A DNA stretch of 64,000 bases from positions 1-64,000 of the forward strand of contig CAWGED010000005.1 of NCBI GenBank assembly GCA_963821525.1, given 5' to 3'. Below are positions 42,985-56,024 of this stretch, in pieces; the first letter of the stretch is position 1, and every line of letters begins with the position of its first letter. Source of the stretch: an uncultured Gemmatimonadales bacterium. GTDB taxonomy: Bacteria; Gemmatimonadota; Gemmatimonadetes; Gemmatimonadales; GWC2-71-9. Below the pieces are notes generated by a model, which saw only the letters and a list, made by a program, of their open reading frames with translations, was not told the origin of the DNA and did not search any database. The position numbers were made by a program, and so were the translations under genes.

Positions 42985-44797
42985 CCGAGCCCCCGGTCCG
43001 CTTCACCGGGTTCCGGTTGGTCGGGTTCGCCTTCGCGATCGGCCTGCTCTTCGGGTTCATCGAGGCCGGCCAGGCCGCGCTTTGATTCCTGGTTTTCTGC
43101 GCTCTCGACTGGCGCACGGCGACCGGCTATCCGGTACTGTGGGTCGGTCCCCTGTTTTATGGCGCCGCTTTCGCAGTGTGTGGGGCGCTCGCCGCCCTGG
43201 GCGCACTGGTGCTGCCCCGCGTGCCATGGGACATTCTCCTCCGGCCGGGACTCGCGCTGCTCGGCGGTTGGCTCGCCGTTGAGCTTCACCCCGTCCTGTT
43301 CAGTCAAATCACTTCGGCATTGATAGGTATCGGCCTCGCAGTGGTTCTTACCCGAGCCTATCGGGCGCGGAGAGAGCGCTGGTTCCTCGGGCGCTCAGTA
43401 TCCTGCCGCTCCTGATCGTTCTCGTGACCTGGCCGCGGCCGGCGCGTGGCTCGCGACGATACTGCACGAGCGCTCCCGTCTCGCGGCGCTCCCTGCCATT
43501 TCCGGCGAACGCCCGAACCTGATCCTGTTGGTGATTGACACCCAGCGCGCGGACCATCTCTCGTTTCATGGCTATTCGCGCCCGACCTCGCCCAATCTGG
43601 ATCGTTTTGCCGGACAGGGCTGGACGTTCGACAACGCGACTGCCAGCGCGCCTTGGACTCTGCCCAGTCACGCCACCATGATGACCGGTCACCCGCTGGC
43701 CGACCACCGGGCCGGCGTGGCGAAGCGCCCGTTCCTCGATGACCGGTTCCCCACGATCGCCGAAGCGCTCGGTCATGCCGGCTACGCTACCGGCGGCTTT
43801 GTCGCCAACGTCTTCCGGTGCGGCCGCCGTACCGGCATCGATCGGGGGTTCATACACTACGAGGATTATTTCGGACATCCCGGCGACGCGATCGCCCGCA
43901 CGGTGTTGGGCCGGTGGCTCGCCTACCACGCGCTTCCGGCCCTGGGCCGGCGCGACATTCCCGGCCGCAAGAGTGCCGCCGACGTAAATCGCGAGATGCT
44001 CCAGTGGATCGACGGGCTCAAGGGCCGCCCGTTTTTCGTTTCGCTAACTACCTGGATGTTCACAAACCGTTTCGCCCACCGGCTCCCTACCTCGGCCGGT
44101 TCTCGGGAACTACTCACTTGTCGCGGGCTCCCAGAGAGCCGATGATCGATATCGGAGCCCAGGGCGCCGAGCTCCGGCGGGAGTCTCCGGAGGAGATTCA
44201 GCGGGACATCGACGGCTATGACGAGTCGATTCTCTACCTCGATGCCCAGCTCGGGGAACTGTTCACCGCTCTGGAGCAGCGTGGGTTACTGCAGCGCTCC
44301 CTTGTGATCGTCACCAGCGACCACGGCGAAGCCTTTGGAGACCACGGACTCTTCTCCCATGGCAACAGTCTGTATCGCGATCAGATCCACATCCCTCTGA
44401 TCATGCACTGGCCCGGTCATCTCGACGTCGCGCGCTGGCATCAGCGGTGGGGCTCGATCAGATCGCGCCGACACTGGCGGAAGCGGCCGGACTCACGCAG
44501 GTGACATTCCCCTCACGCTCGCTGTTCGCGCCAGCGGATTCAGCTGCAACTGCGATGTCGCAGGTCGCCGGACGGACTGGGCTGCCGGCGGAGCTCCCGG
44601 TCTCCCGTGGCTGGCTCGCGGCGTTGGTCAACGATCGGTTCCACTACATCCGCTCGCAGGCGGGCACCGCGGAGCTGTTCGACATCACCCGTGATCCCGG
44701 GGAAGAGCACAACCTCGCCTCTGATTCGAGCTTCGCCGGAACCATGAAGGCCCTCGGAGATCGGCTCCACCGCCTCATGCCCAGGCCCATTCAATGA
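42981..44797 (+). CDS. Sulfatase-like protein 2, frameshifted
   Basis: TMs; VIDTQRADH, WTLPSH, NYLDVH, SDHGE, HGNSLY. Confidence 0.85.
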
Positions 44798-46612
44798 GTA
44801 TTTCGTCCGGACGGAGCGGCCCGGTCGTACGGTTGGCACTGTGGTTCGGCCTTGCTACCGGTTTCGGGGAAGTGATACTCCTCGGCCTGCGCCGCTATCT
44901 GCTGCATCGCTTCCTTTTTCTCGGGCAAGACGCGGCGTGGATGGTGCCGCTGGCGGATGCGCTGTGTTTTTCGCGGTCGGCCTGCTGCTCGCCTTGGCGC
45001 ATCGGTGGTGGCCGGGACGATTCACGGCGCCGGCGGTTGCCGGTGTGCTGGCAGGACTCTCGATCTTCGCCCTGCTCCTCATGTACGGTCCGTTGCACCA
45101 AGTGGCGTCGATCCTTATCGCGGTTGGCGTAGGCTACCAGGCCTCGCGGTTTCTCGCTCCCCGTTTCGATCGTTTTCTGGCGGTGGTTGGGCGAACGCTT
45201 CCGGTGCTCGTCGTCCTGCTGCTGGTGACGGCGGGGACGGTTCGCGGGCTCACGCTGTGGAACGAACGCCGAGCGGCCCGCCTGCGGCCTGCGCCCGTGG
45301 CGGGTGCTCCCAACATCCTGCTCATCGTCCTGGACACGGTGCGCTCCCTCAGCCTGAGTGTGTATGGCTACGAACGGGTGACCACCCCCGAGCTGGAACG
45401 CTGGGCGCCCAATGCGGTGCGCTTTGCCCGGGCTCTTTCCACCGCGCCGTGGACCCTGCCTTCCCACTCCACGATGTTCACCGGCCATTTCCCCCACGAG
45501 ATGACCGCCGACTGGCGCACGCCGCTCGACGGGCGCTATCCCACTCTGGCCGAGGTGCTCGAATCCCACGGATATCGGAGCGCGGGATTCGTCGCCAATA
45601 CGATGTACTGCAGCTACGAGACCGGGATACGGCGCGGCTTCGCGCATTACGAAGACTATCCCGTGAACCTGGGCCGCATCCTGTTCAGCTCCACGCTGGG
45701 CAAGCTGGTCAGCGTGAGCCCCTTCTTCCGCGATCGCGCGATCCGCAAGCGAGCGGCCGAAGTCAATCGTGAATTCCTCTCGTGGCTGGACAGAATCGTG
45801 AACCGGGGCCGTTCTTCGCCTTTCTCAACTACTACGATGCGCACGGTCCCTACCAGCCGCCCGCGCCCTTCGACCAGAAGTTCGGCGACGCCTCGCGGCG
45901 CAAGGAGCTGGAGCAGATGCGGGAAGATGCTCCCGCCCTCCAATGGCCGCCGGACGTGATTCAAGCCGCGAAGGACGCCTATGACGGCTCGATCGCCTAC
46001 ATGGACGCCGAGCTGGGAAACTTGTTCCACGAGCTGGATCGGCGCGGGCTCACCCAGAATACTCTGATCATCGTGACTTCCGACCACGGAGAGGAGTTCG
46101 GGGAGAACGGGGTCTTCTGGCACGGCAACAGCCTGTACCGCCCCTCCGTGCAGATCCCCCTGCTGATGAAATTGCCTGGTGGACTCCCCGCCGTCCGCGT
46201 AGTGGATGATCCGGTTTCACTCCGCGATCTGGCGGCCACGATCATGTCCGTCGCCCTGCCCGGCGTGGCCCACCCCTTTCCAGGTGCGAGCCTGAGCCGC
46301 TACTGGCTGTCGGAGAGACGGGATTCGGCGGCAACTGCCGACACCCTGCTCCAGGAGGTGAACTTCGATCCCAGGCTGCCGAGCAATACCCCGGTTTCCA
46401 AGGGCCCGATGCGCGCCGTCGTCTTGGATGGCGGGCGGCTAATCAGGCGGGGAGATGGCTACGAGGAGTTGTTCGATTTCAACCGCGATTCCTCGGAAAC
46501 CAGTAATCTTGCGACCTCCCCCGAGGCTGGCGCTCGGCTCGAACAGCTTCGTGGGGCGCTCAAGGCACTGGTGCCAGTGCGGGCCCAGGCCAACAGCACG
46601 CTTCGCCCATGA
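44794..46612 (+). CDS. Sulfatase-like protein 3, frameshifted
   Basis: TMs; PNILLIVLDTVR, WTLPSH, NYYDAH, SDHGE, HGNSLY. Confidence 0.88.
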
Positions 46613-46691
46613 GCCGGGCCACTGCTGGGGAGACACCAGTCGCCGCAGCGACCAACGATTCACACTGACCTGACGCTCGGGTCGGACACCC

Positions 46692-48490
46692 ATGATCTCA
46701 CCAGCCGCACCACGACCGATCACAGCCCCTGCGGCCGCTCGAGACTCTGACGCTTGCTGCCTGGTTCGGACTGCTCGCCGGAATAGGTGAGGCCGTGGTG
46801 CTCACTTTCCGCAAGTTCGTTCTGCATGCCTCGGTGCTGCGTAACCTGGACATGCTGTGGACCGGTCCGCTCGCCTCGATGGTGCTGCTTTCCTGCCTCG
46901 GGATTCTTTTCCTGTTGTTGTCCCGGGTGTTACCGAGGCTGATCACATGGCGTTTCATCGTGGGCGTCTTTGCGGTGTTCGCCTTCCTTCCGATGCTCTT
47001 GGCCGCGGAGCAGCTGTACCGTGTCGCCGCTGGCCTCCTGGCGATCGGTCTGGGCGTTCAGACTCTACGCATCGTTGCTCCTCGTCGAGAGCGATTCGAA
47101 CGGCTGGTTCACAGGTCGCTCTGGGCCTTGGGACTCGCTGTCGCGCTGGTCGCCGGTGGCCTGCGAGCCTCGTGGGCGCTCCGGGAACGGCGCGGGCTGG
47201 CAGCTCTGCCGGCCGCGTCGAGGGGATCGCCGAACGTGCTGCTGTTGGTGCTCGATACAGTCGCGGCTTTGCGCCTCAGCCTGTATGGCTATCCTCGACC
47301 GAACACGCCTCACCTTGAAGAGTGGGCCCGGCGCGGAGTCCGATTCGATCGCGCCATGTCCACAGCCCCATGGACGCTGCCGTCTCACGCTTCGATCCTG
47401 ACTGGTCGCTGGCCCCATGAACTCAGCGCTGACTGGCTCGCTCCGCTCGATGGGACCTACCCGACCCTGGCCGAGGTGCTCGGAGCTCATGGGTATGCCA
47501 GCGCCGGCTTCGTGGCGAACTCCTATTGCAGCCGCGTCTTCGGGCTGCAGCGGGGCTTCCAGCACTATGAAGATTTCCCCGCGACCCCGGCACAGATTCT
47601 CTTCAGTTCGGCATTGGGCCGGCTGCTGGTGCCGAGCTACGGGTCCGGTTTCACAAGGTGGTTCGGCCCGCAGATGCGATCAACGGCGAGCTTCTGCACT
47701 GGCTCGACGATCGTCCCAAGAATCGGCCCTTCTTCGCCTTCCTGAATTACATGGATGCGCACGATCCCTATGAGCCTCCACCCCCATATGAGGAGCAGTT
47801 CAGCGACCCTGCCTCAATCCGGCTGGTCCATGGCCTTCGCCATGATCGAGTGATCGGCTGGTCTCCCGCCGAGGCTGAGGCCGCCAAGGGCGCCTACGAT
47901 GGTGCGTTGGCCTACCTCGACTCCAGGCTGGGAGCACTGTTCAGCGAGTTGGAACGGCGGGACTCCTGGCAAATACGATCGTCATTGTGACGGCAGATCA
48001 CGGTGAGGAATTCGGTGAACATGGGGTCTTCTACCACGGCAACAGCCTGTATCAGACGGTGGCTCGGGTTCCGTTGATCATCACCTGGATTGGCCACCTG
48101 CCCGCCGGGCGGATCTGACCCCGGTCTCCCTGCGAGACCTGGCGGCGACGGTGATGGATCTGACGGGAGTCGATTAGTCCAGCCTTTCCCCGGCCGTTCC
48201 CTGGAACGTTTCTGGGATCAGCGAGCAGATAAGGCTCCCGTCTCCGACACTCTGCTCATGAAAGTGAGCTATGTACCGAAACTCCCTCGCGGTACACCAG
48301 TGAGTCGGGGGACCATGCACGCGGTACAACTCGGCGGGTACCGGTTGATCGTCAACGGCGATGGGGTGGAGGAACTCTACGATTCGAGACAGCCTCGAGC
48401 GGAACGACCTTCAAGGAACCAGCGCTGGCCGATACCCTCGCGGCCCTCCGCGCGTCGCTCCCAAGTGCGACAAAGTCCGGGTTGGAATGA
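46692..48490 (+). CDS. Sulfatase-like protein 4, frameshifted, ends approximate
   Basis: TMs; PNVLLLVLDTVA, WTLPSH, NYMDAH, ADHGE, HGNSLY. Confidence 0.85.
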
Positions 48491-48497
48491 ACCGACC

Positions 48498-50322
48498 ATG
48501 ACAGCCTCCTCGCCTGTCTCAACCGTCGGCCGAGATCCGGATTGCGGGACTGCATCTCGCTCTGTTTGGCCTCTGGTTGGGTCTGGTCTACGGCTTGATC
48601 GAGGCGCTCGAGGCCATGCTGTGGACTCTGATCCCGGGCGGGCTCTCCTGGCAGAACGGGACCGCTCCACCGATCCTCTGGGTGGCTCCGCTGGTCTATG
48701 GGGGGGCCTTCGGCTTGTGGCACTCCTTGTCGCGGGCCTCTCGAAACTTCTGCCGCGAGTCCGCTGGGACCTCGTCCTGGTCTTCCTGCTGGTTGCCGTC
48801 GGGGCCTAACTGGCGACTCGCTGCAAGGCCTGATCCTTGATGAGCGGGCTTGCCTATTGTTGGGGCTGGGTTCGGTGTTGCTCTGACCCGGGTCTACCGG
48901 CGGCGTCCCGAATGGTGGCTTTCCACCGCACGGGGAACCTTGCGAAGGCTCCTCGGTGCGGTGGCACTCACCGCGGTTCTAATCACCGTCGGCACACGGT
49001 TAGCCGAGGCCGTCGCCTCGCCAGCCTGCGGCAGCCCCAACGGGTCGCCCCAATATCCTCCTTCTCGTCATCGACACCCAGCCGGCCGATCACCTCTCCG
49101 TCTATGGATATGGCCGGCCGACCTCACCGACGCTGGAGCGTCTGGCCCAGGAGGGATGGCTCTTCGAAAACATGACCTCCAGTTCCTCGTGGACATTGCC
49201 GAGTCATGCCACGATGATGACCGGTCGGCAACAGCACGAGCACCGAGCCGGAGTCCTGCGGCGGCCCTATTTGGATCACAAATTTCCAACGATCGCCGAA
49301 CTTCTGCGGCAGGAGGGATACGCGACCGGCGGGTTCGTCGCGAACATTACTGGTGCGGAAGGGAAACCGGCTTGGGTCGGGCTTCATCCGATACGAGGAC
49401 TATTTCCAGAACATGGGCGACGCGCTGGTCCGCACCGTGCTGGGGCGGCGCCTGGCGTACGACGTGTGGCCCAAGCTGGGTCCCCGGAATATCCCCGGAC
49501 GGAAGTCTGCTGCCGACATGAATGCCCATCTGCTGAGCTGGATTGACGGGCTTCACGACCGCCCCTTCTTCGGCTTCGTGAACTACTTCGATATTCACGG
49601 GCCCCTCTTTCCACAGCCGCCGTATCTGGGGCGGTTCTCCGACGTCTCTCGCCGTCCGGCAGGTGAGCCGGGCGTGGCGCTAGGCGCCATCACTGGTGAG
49701 TTCAAACGGCTCACCCCGGAGCAGATCCAGGCCGATATCGATGCCTATGATGAATCGATCCTCTACCTCGATGCCCAGATCGGATCATTGCTGGATGAGC
49801 TGAAGAAGCGGGGCAAGCTGGACAACACCTTGATCATCCTCACCAGCGATCATGGGGAGAGCTTCGGAGAGCACGGCTTCTACTTCCACGGCCACAGTCT
49901 CTATCGGGAACAGGTGGATATCCCGCTGCTGCTCCGCTGGCCTGCCCGGCTACCGCCGGTACACACCGCACCGAGCCAGTGACCTGGAACAGATCGCGGC
50001 GACTATCGCTGAGGCTGCGGGGCTGCCGAGCGGTGCTGTGCCGGGCGTGTCGCTCTTGGGCAAACCAGATTCGGCCGCCGTCGGAATCGCCGAACTGGCG
50101 CAGCGTTCAACCGTGCCGGCTTCCTGGCCCGCATCCCGGGGCTGGCTCGCGTCGCTCACGACCGATTCATGGCATTTCATCATCCTACAGTCTGGTGAGG
50201 CCGAGCTTTACGACTTCCGTCGAGATCCACAGGAGCGGACCAATCTCGCCGCCGACTCGGTTCACCTGGTCGAGCAGTTTCGCGAGCGGTTCAAGCGTCT
50301 GGTACCGATTCCGATTCGATGA
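48498..50322 (+). CDS. Sulfatase-like protein 5, frameshifted
   Basis: TMs; PNILLLVIDTQPADH, WTLPSH, NYFDIH, SDHGE, HGHSLY. Confidence 0.85.
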
Positions 50323-52130
50323 AGGCCTCGCCTGCACCGGCACAGCGACTGACACCCCGCGCCATCCTCTTACTGGGACTCTCGGCTGGTCTGCTCACGG
50401 GTCTAGTTGAAGCGCTGGTGTTCCTATCGCGACGGTTGGTGCTCGGCCGCCTGGTTCACGTTAGCGCCCATTTCGGATGGATGGCCCCGATCGGGGACCT
50501 GGTACTCTTCGCCGGACCTGCGCTCGTACTGTCCCTGTGCGCTCGACTCTGGCCGAGGCTGATGCCGGCGCGACTGGCGTTCTTCCTGTTTGCTTTTCTA
50601 GGGTTCGCCGCCTTGTTGCTGATGGAACCGGGGTTTCACAAGGTGGCGGTCCTGGCCCTGGCAGCAGGCCTGGCGTGGCAGACCGCCCGAATGCTCTCAC
50701 GCAGAACTGGAGCGTTCGAGCAGCGGTCAGGGATTGTCATGGCTACGCTTGCAGCGTGCGTGACGCTGATCGGTGTAATGACGGTCGGAATACAGGCGGT
50801 GCGGGAGCGAATGGCAATCGGACGTTTACCTGCAGCGGCGGGGAATCGCCCGAACGTGCTCCTGATAATCCTCGACACGGTCAGGGCAAAGAGCCTCAGT
50901 CTTTACGGCTACAATCGAGACACCAGCCCATCGCTGACCCGTCTGGCGGGACGCGGAGTACGGTTCGAGCGGGCCTTCTCGACCGCGCCGTGGACGTTGC
51001 CCTCGCACGCCAGCCTGTTGACCGGTGACTATCCCCACCAACTGTCGGCGGACTGGATCGAGCCACTGGATCGCAAGGTTCCCACCCTGGCTGAGCGGTT
51101 CAGTGCCGAGGGTTATCTGACCGGTGGATTGGTTGCCAACGTGGGCTACTTGAGCTGGGAATTCGGACTGAACCGGGGGTTCGCTCACTATGAGGACTAC
51201 CTCTTTCGTCCGCGGGACATTCTCGAGTCAACCTCGATCGGGAGACAGCTGGACTACAGTTACCTCCTCCGTGACTTGCTACATACCGACCAGCATCTGG
51301 TTCGGATCGACGCGCCGTCCATCAGCCGGCGCTTCCTGAGTTGGGTAGACAAGCGCGGAGACCGCCCCTTCTTTGCTTTCCTCAACTATTACGACGCGCA
51401 CGGTCCTTATCTCCCGCCCTCGCCATGGGACCGTCGCTTCGGTGCGGCCCGTCAGGATAACCGCAGCACACTTCATCGTTTTCTGAGCCGGCCGTTCGGT
51501 CCGCTTCCCCAGGCGGTGGTCGACCGGGAGATGGAGCAATACGATGGTGCCCTCGCCTATCTCGACGACCAGATCGGTAAGCTCATCGAGGAGCTGGATC
51601 GTCGCCATCTGCTCGATCACACCATCGTGCTCCTGACCGCGGATCATGGCGAAGAGTTCGGTGAGCATGGCCTGTTCGATCATGGAAATTCGCTCTACCG
51701 GCCCTCGGTTCAGGTCCCCCTTCTGGTCGTGTACCGTGGGGTGGCTCCGGCGGGCAGGCAGGTGGAGCAGCCAGTGACCCTGCGGGATGTCGCCGCCACC
51801 CTGGCCGACTTGGCTGGACTGCCAGCTGGGGAGGTTCCGGGGGTCTCTTTGGCCCGATTCTGGCGAGAGAGTCCCCCGGTTGAGCCCCGTACGCAAAGCC
51901 CTGTCATTTCAGAGGTTAGCAAAGGGATCCGAACCCCGCCCTGGTATCCGGTCAGCAAGGGGGACATGCGTTCATTGGTAGAAGGGGGCCATCGCTACAT
52001 CTTGGGTGGGGATGGCACGGAGAAGCTGTTCAGTCTGAGCGACGTTTGGGAACGAAATCCCCTGTCTCTGTCGGATTCGTTGGTGCTACCCTTTCGGAAA
52101 GAACTTGCCCGCTGGCCATGGCACAGATAG
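50319..52130 (+). CDS. Sulfatase-like protein 6 (intact, 603 aa)
   Basis: About five N-terminal TMs; PNVLLIILDTVR, WTLPSH, NYYDAH, ADHGE, HGNSLY. Confidence 0.92.
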   Translation: MKASPAPAQRLTPRAILLLGLSAGLLTGLVEALVFLSRRLVLGRLVHVSAHFGWMAPIGDLVLFAGPALVLSLCARLWPRLMPARLAFFLFAFLGFAALLLMEPGFHKVAVLALAAGLAWQTARMLSRRTGAFEQRSGIVMATLAACVTLIGVMTVGIQAVRERMAIGRLPAAAGNRPNVLLIILDTVRAKSLSLYGYNRDTSPSLTRLAGRGVRFERAFSTAPWTLPSHASLLTGDYPHQLSADWIEPLDRKVPTLAERFSAEGYLTGGLVANVGYLSWEFGLNRGFAHYEDYLFRPRDILESTSIGRQLDYSYLLRDLLHTDQHLVRIDAPSISRRFLSWVDKRGDRPFFAFLNYYDAHGPYLPPSPWDRRFGAARQDNRSTLHRFLSRPFGPLPQAVVDREMEQYDGALAYLDDQIGKLIEELDRRHLLDHTIVLLTADHGEEFGEHGLFDHGNSLYRPSVQVPLLVVYRGVAPAGRQVEQPVTLRDVAATLADLAGLPAGEVPGVSLARFWRESPPVEPRTQSPVISEVSKGIRTPPWYPVSKGDMRSLVEGGHRYILGGDGTEKLFSLSDVWERNPLSLSDSLVLPFRKELARWPWHR

Positions 52131-54000
52131 TTGCGGGAGTCCCGTTGCAGTCCCGAAAAGTGTGCGACGAGGGGGGGGCGGATCGGTCCGCGCTTCAGCC
52201 GTCGCTTCTGATCTTGGCTGTGTGGTTCGCGCTCGCCGCCGGGCTGCTGGAAGGGGCCTGGAGGGTGTTTCAGCGCCTGGGATTGCACCAGTTCGTTGGC
52301 CTGCCGTTCGATATCGTCTGGATGGCTCCGACAGTCGATTTTCTCTGGTTGTTGCTACCGACCCTCCTGCTGATACTGGCCCGTCGGCTGACTCCGGGGA
52401 AACTGCCATTCGGCGCCCTGGTCGGAATCCTGGGTGGCCTGGCCGCTTTGCCCCTCTTCCTGCTGGTCACGTCCATGCATAAGGCGGTCGCGCTGGTGCT
52501 CGCCGTGGGCGTGGGCATTCAACTGAGTCGTCTGGTGTCGGGACGGGCGCTGGCGGTTGCTGCCTTCATGCGGCGGACCCTGCCGCTGCTGGGCATTCTG
52601 TTCGCCAGCGGGGCCAGCCTGGTGTTGAGCATCGAATGGTTGAATGAACGTGCCGCATCGACCCGCTGGCCCGCCGCATCTCGAGACAAACCCAATGTTC
52701 TTCTGCTGGTCTGGGACACGGTACGAAACGATGAGTCAGCGTCGCGGGATACACCCGGCCTACCACACCGTTTCTCGAGTCAGTGGCCCGGGAGGGAGTT
52801 CGCTTCGAGCATGCGTTCAGCACCGCGCCCTGGACCCTCCCCTCCCATGGGAGCATGTTCACCGGTCAGTGGCCCTTCATGTTTTTCCGGGGGATCTGGG
52901 CGCCCGTGGAGATGCCGACACCGACCCTGGCGGAGGCGCTCTCTCAGGCGGGCTATCGGACCGGCGGGTTTACCGCCAACCTGGCCTACACCACCCGGGA
53001 GCACGGGATTCACAAGGGCTTTGCGCATTACGAGGATTTCAGCCGCACGATGGGGACAGCGCTCGCCAAGTCGCGCATCAGCCGGGTGATCCTGGATCCG
53101 CAATGGGTACGCCACATCATCGGATACTACGATTTGATGGGGCGGAAGCGGGCGGACGTGATCAACACCAGTTTCCTGCGCTGGCTGGACCAGGATGGCT
53201 CCAGGCCATTCTTCGGATTTCTCAATTATTTCGACGCCCACGCGCCCTATATCGCTCCCTCACCGTTCCGGGAACGGTTTGCTCTCGCCCGGCGGGGAAA
53301 GTATGAGATCATTCCGCAGCCGGGACAGGGAGGCGGTCCCTCGCGTACCCCTGAGGCCCACCGATACTGGCGCGCCGAATACGACGCCCTCATCGCATCC
53401 CTGGATGACGCGACCCGGAGGCTGTTCGCCGAGCTGGCCCACCGAGGTCTGCTCGACAATACCATCGTCATCATCACCTCGGACCACGGCGAGCAGTTCG
53501 GCGAACATGGCAAGTGTTGCCACATGAACACCCTCTATCGGGCGGTCCTGGAGGTCCCACTCTTGATCCGGTTTCCACCTGCCGTGCCGGCCAATCAGTC
53601 CATTCCAGCCCCGGTGAGTCTTCGGGACATACCGCGCACCGTGCTCACCCTGACCGGTGTGGCCGCGGAAAGTATCCCTGGGCGCTCCCTCACTCGCTTC
53701 TGGAAACCGGAACCCGCTGCGCCCGATTCGTTGATTCTGGCCGAGTTGTCCACCTCGCGCCGTGGTAACCTCGGCCCTCACGCGGTGGTGTCCAACGGTG
53801 TCTTCTACATTCGGGCAGGAAAGGATTCGGTTGAGCTCTACGACCTGCTGGACGACACGGCCCAGGCCACCAGCCTGCATCGTCATCCGGCTCGCAGCGC
53901 CGATCTGGCTCGCTTCAGACATGTGACGGACAGCCTCGCCGAGCTTTACCGGCGGAGGAGCCACACAACCGACGAAGTCGAAGAGGAGGACGAGCAGTGA
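52118..54000 (+). CDS. Sulfatase-like protein 7, frameshift near 52730
   Basis: TMs; PNVLLLVWDTVR, WTLPSH, NYFDAH, SDHGE, CCHMNTLY. Confidence 0.88.
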
Positions 54001-55827
54001 GCACGGACCCTTCGACTGCACTGGAGGTGCCGAGCCACAGGCTGATCGGGTGGGGCGCCGCGCTTGGCATCGGCGCCGGTCTGATCGAGGCCGCGATGGC
54101 GACCATTCGGTCGGGTCGCACCGCGCTCTTGATTGGGAGGGTGCGGCGACTTTGTCTGGTTGGCCCCGCTGGTTGGTCTGCTGCTCGGCTTGAGCAGCGT
54201 GATTCTCCTGATCGGAGCGCGCCGGCTGTGCTCCCCGCGCGTTTACCCCTCGGGTGATCCTCACCATCGTCGGCACCGTCGTTTTCCTAAGCCCGATTTT
54301 TCTTTTCCAGCGGATGCATCGACTCGCCGCGCTGGTGCTGGCGCTGGGAATCGGGTTCCAGCTGGCGGCCTGGCTCACTCGGCGAGCCGCCGCATCGCGC
54401 TGATGCACTGGATGCTTCCACTTGGTAATGTTCTGCTGGATCGCTGGCGGACTGGGATTGGAGGTGGTACGGAACCTGCGCGAGCGCGCCGCCATCCGAA
54501 GGCTCCCACCCGCCGAAGCCGATCGTCCGAACGTCTTGCTCCTGGTGCTGGATACGGTTCGCGGAATGAGCCTGAACCTGTACGGGTACCCGCGAGCTAC
54601 CACTCCTGAGTTGAAGAAGCTGGCTGAGCGAGGCGCCCGGTTCGACTACGCGGTGGCGCCGGCGCCATGGACCCTCCCTTCTCACGGGTCGATCTTCTCT
54701 GGACGTTTACCCCGGGAATTCAGCACCACCTTCCGTACCCCGTTCGACGAGAAATTCCCCGTGCTCGCCGAGGCGCTCGCCGGTCACGGCTACGTGACCG
54801 GTGGGATTCGTCGCCAACATCTGGTATTGCGCGGCTGGCCACGGTCTGGAGCGGGGATTCCTCGCAGTATCGCGACTACCCCCGCACCACGTGGCGAGTG
54901 GTCGAAGGGTCGGCACTCGGTCGTTGGCTCTTCGAGCAGGCCACCGTCCGCAGGTTTGTCGGCTGGTACGAGATGCTTTGGCGCAAGAACGCCGGACGGG
55001 CGGTGAACGAATTTCTCGCAGTGGGAAGCGAAGCCGCGCGATGGACGTCCCTTCTTTGCGTTTATCAATTTCTTCGACGCCCACAACCCATTCGTCCCAC
55101 CGGCGCCTTTCGATACCATGTTCGCGACCGTCCAGGACGACACTATGATCCGCGCTTCAAGATGCCGGAATTTTCCGACCTCACGGCCGATGAGATTGAG
55201 TTCACCCGGGACCAGTACGAAGGAGCTATCGGATACATCGACCGGTCCGTCGGGCATATGTTGACCGAGCTGGATCGGCGCGGCGTCTTGAAGCACACGA
55301 TCGTTGTGATCACCTCCGACCACGGCGAGCAGTTCGGCGAGCACGAGCTCCTGGGGCATGGCAACAGCCTGTATTCGCAAGTGCTCCACGTTCCGCTCGT
55401 GATCGTGTATCCCCCCAAGGTGCCTGCCGGCTCGGTCGTGGCGCCCCCCGTAGGGCTTCGCGACATCCCGACCACGGTCCTTGACCTTGCTGGTCTGCCG
55501 AACGATCGCGGCCTTCAGGGGCGCTCCCTTACCCGCTTCTGGGAACGTCCAATGGACTCCGGGGACGTGGATGAGGTCATCGTTTCCGAAATGCCGGGCG
55601 CGAGCGCTGCCAATGCCGTCTCTCTCATTGCGGACGGGCATCACTACGTCCGCTGGTGGAAGCGGGCGGAAGGCGTCTACGACCTTCGAACCGATCCGAC
55701 CGAACAAACCAATCTGGTCGGCACTCCCATAGGAGATTCGCTGCTGACCCGGTTCCGGGACATGGCGGCTGAACTGTCCCAGAAGTTTCCCGGGCTCAGG
55801 AAGGGGGAGGCGAATGACACGCTCTGA
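53997..55827 (+). CDS. Sulfatase-like protein 8, frameshifted
   Basis: TMs; PNVLLLVLDTVR, WTLPSH, NFFDAH, SDHGE, HGNSLY. Confidence 0.85.
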
Positions 55828-56024
55828 GGCCCGAGCGGCCGGAGTCATTCGACGGTCTGGTGTCATTACATTTGCGACCGATGATGACTCGCTCGAGCTC
55901 TATGGCGCCAAGGCTCGTCCACCCCCATTTCGTTGGGTAGTGCTGAAATCGACGATGACCACCGCTGACGACTGCTGCGCGGTGACTGCGAACCACGGCA
56001 GCGAAGCTAAGAAAGGTGAGGCGA

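Noticed and set aside
42477..43085. Apparent read-through fusion of sulfatase-like proteins 1 and 2
   Set aside because: A GTGA start/stop overlap at 42981-42984 matches the coupling of the other copies; one indel explains it
41123..55827. Calling the array ordinary formylglycine-dependent arylsulfatases for sulfate scavenging
   Set aside because: None has C/S-x-P-x-R, no maturase is present, and the context is biosynthetic
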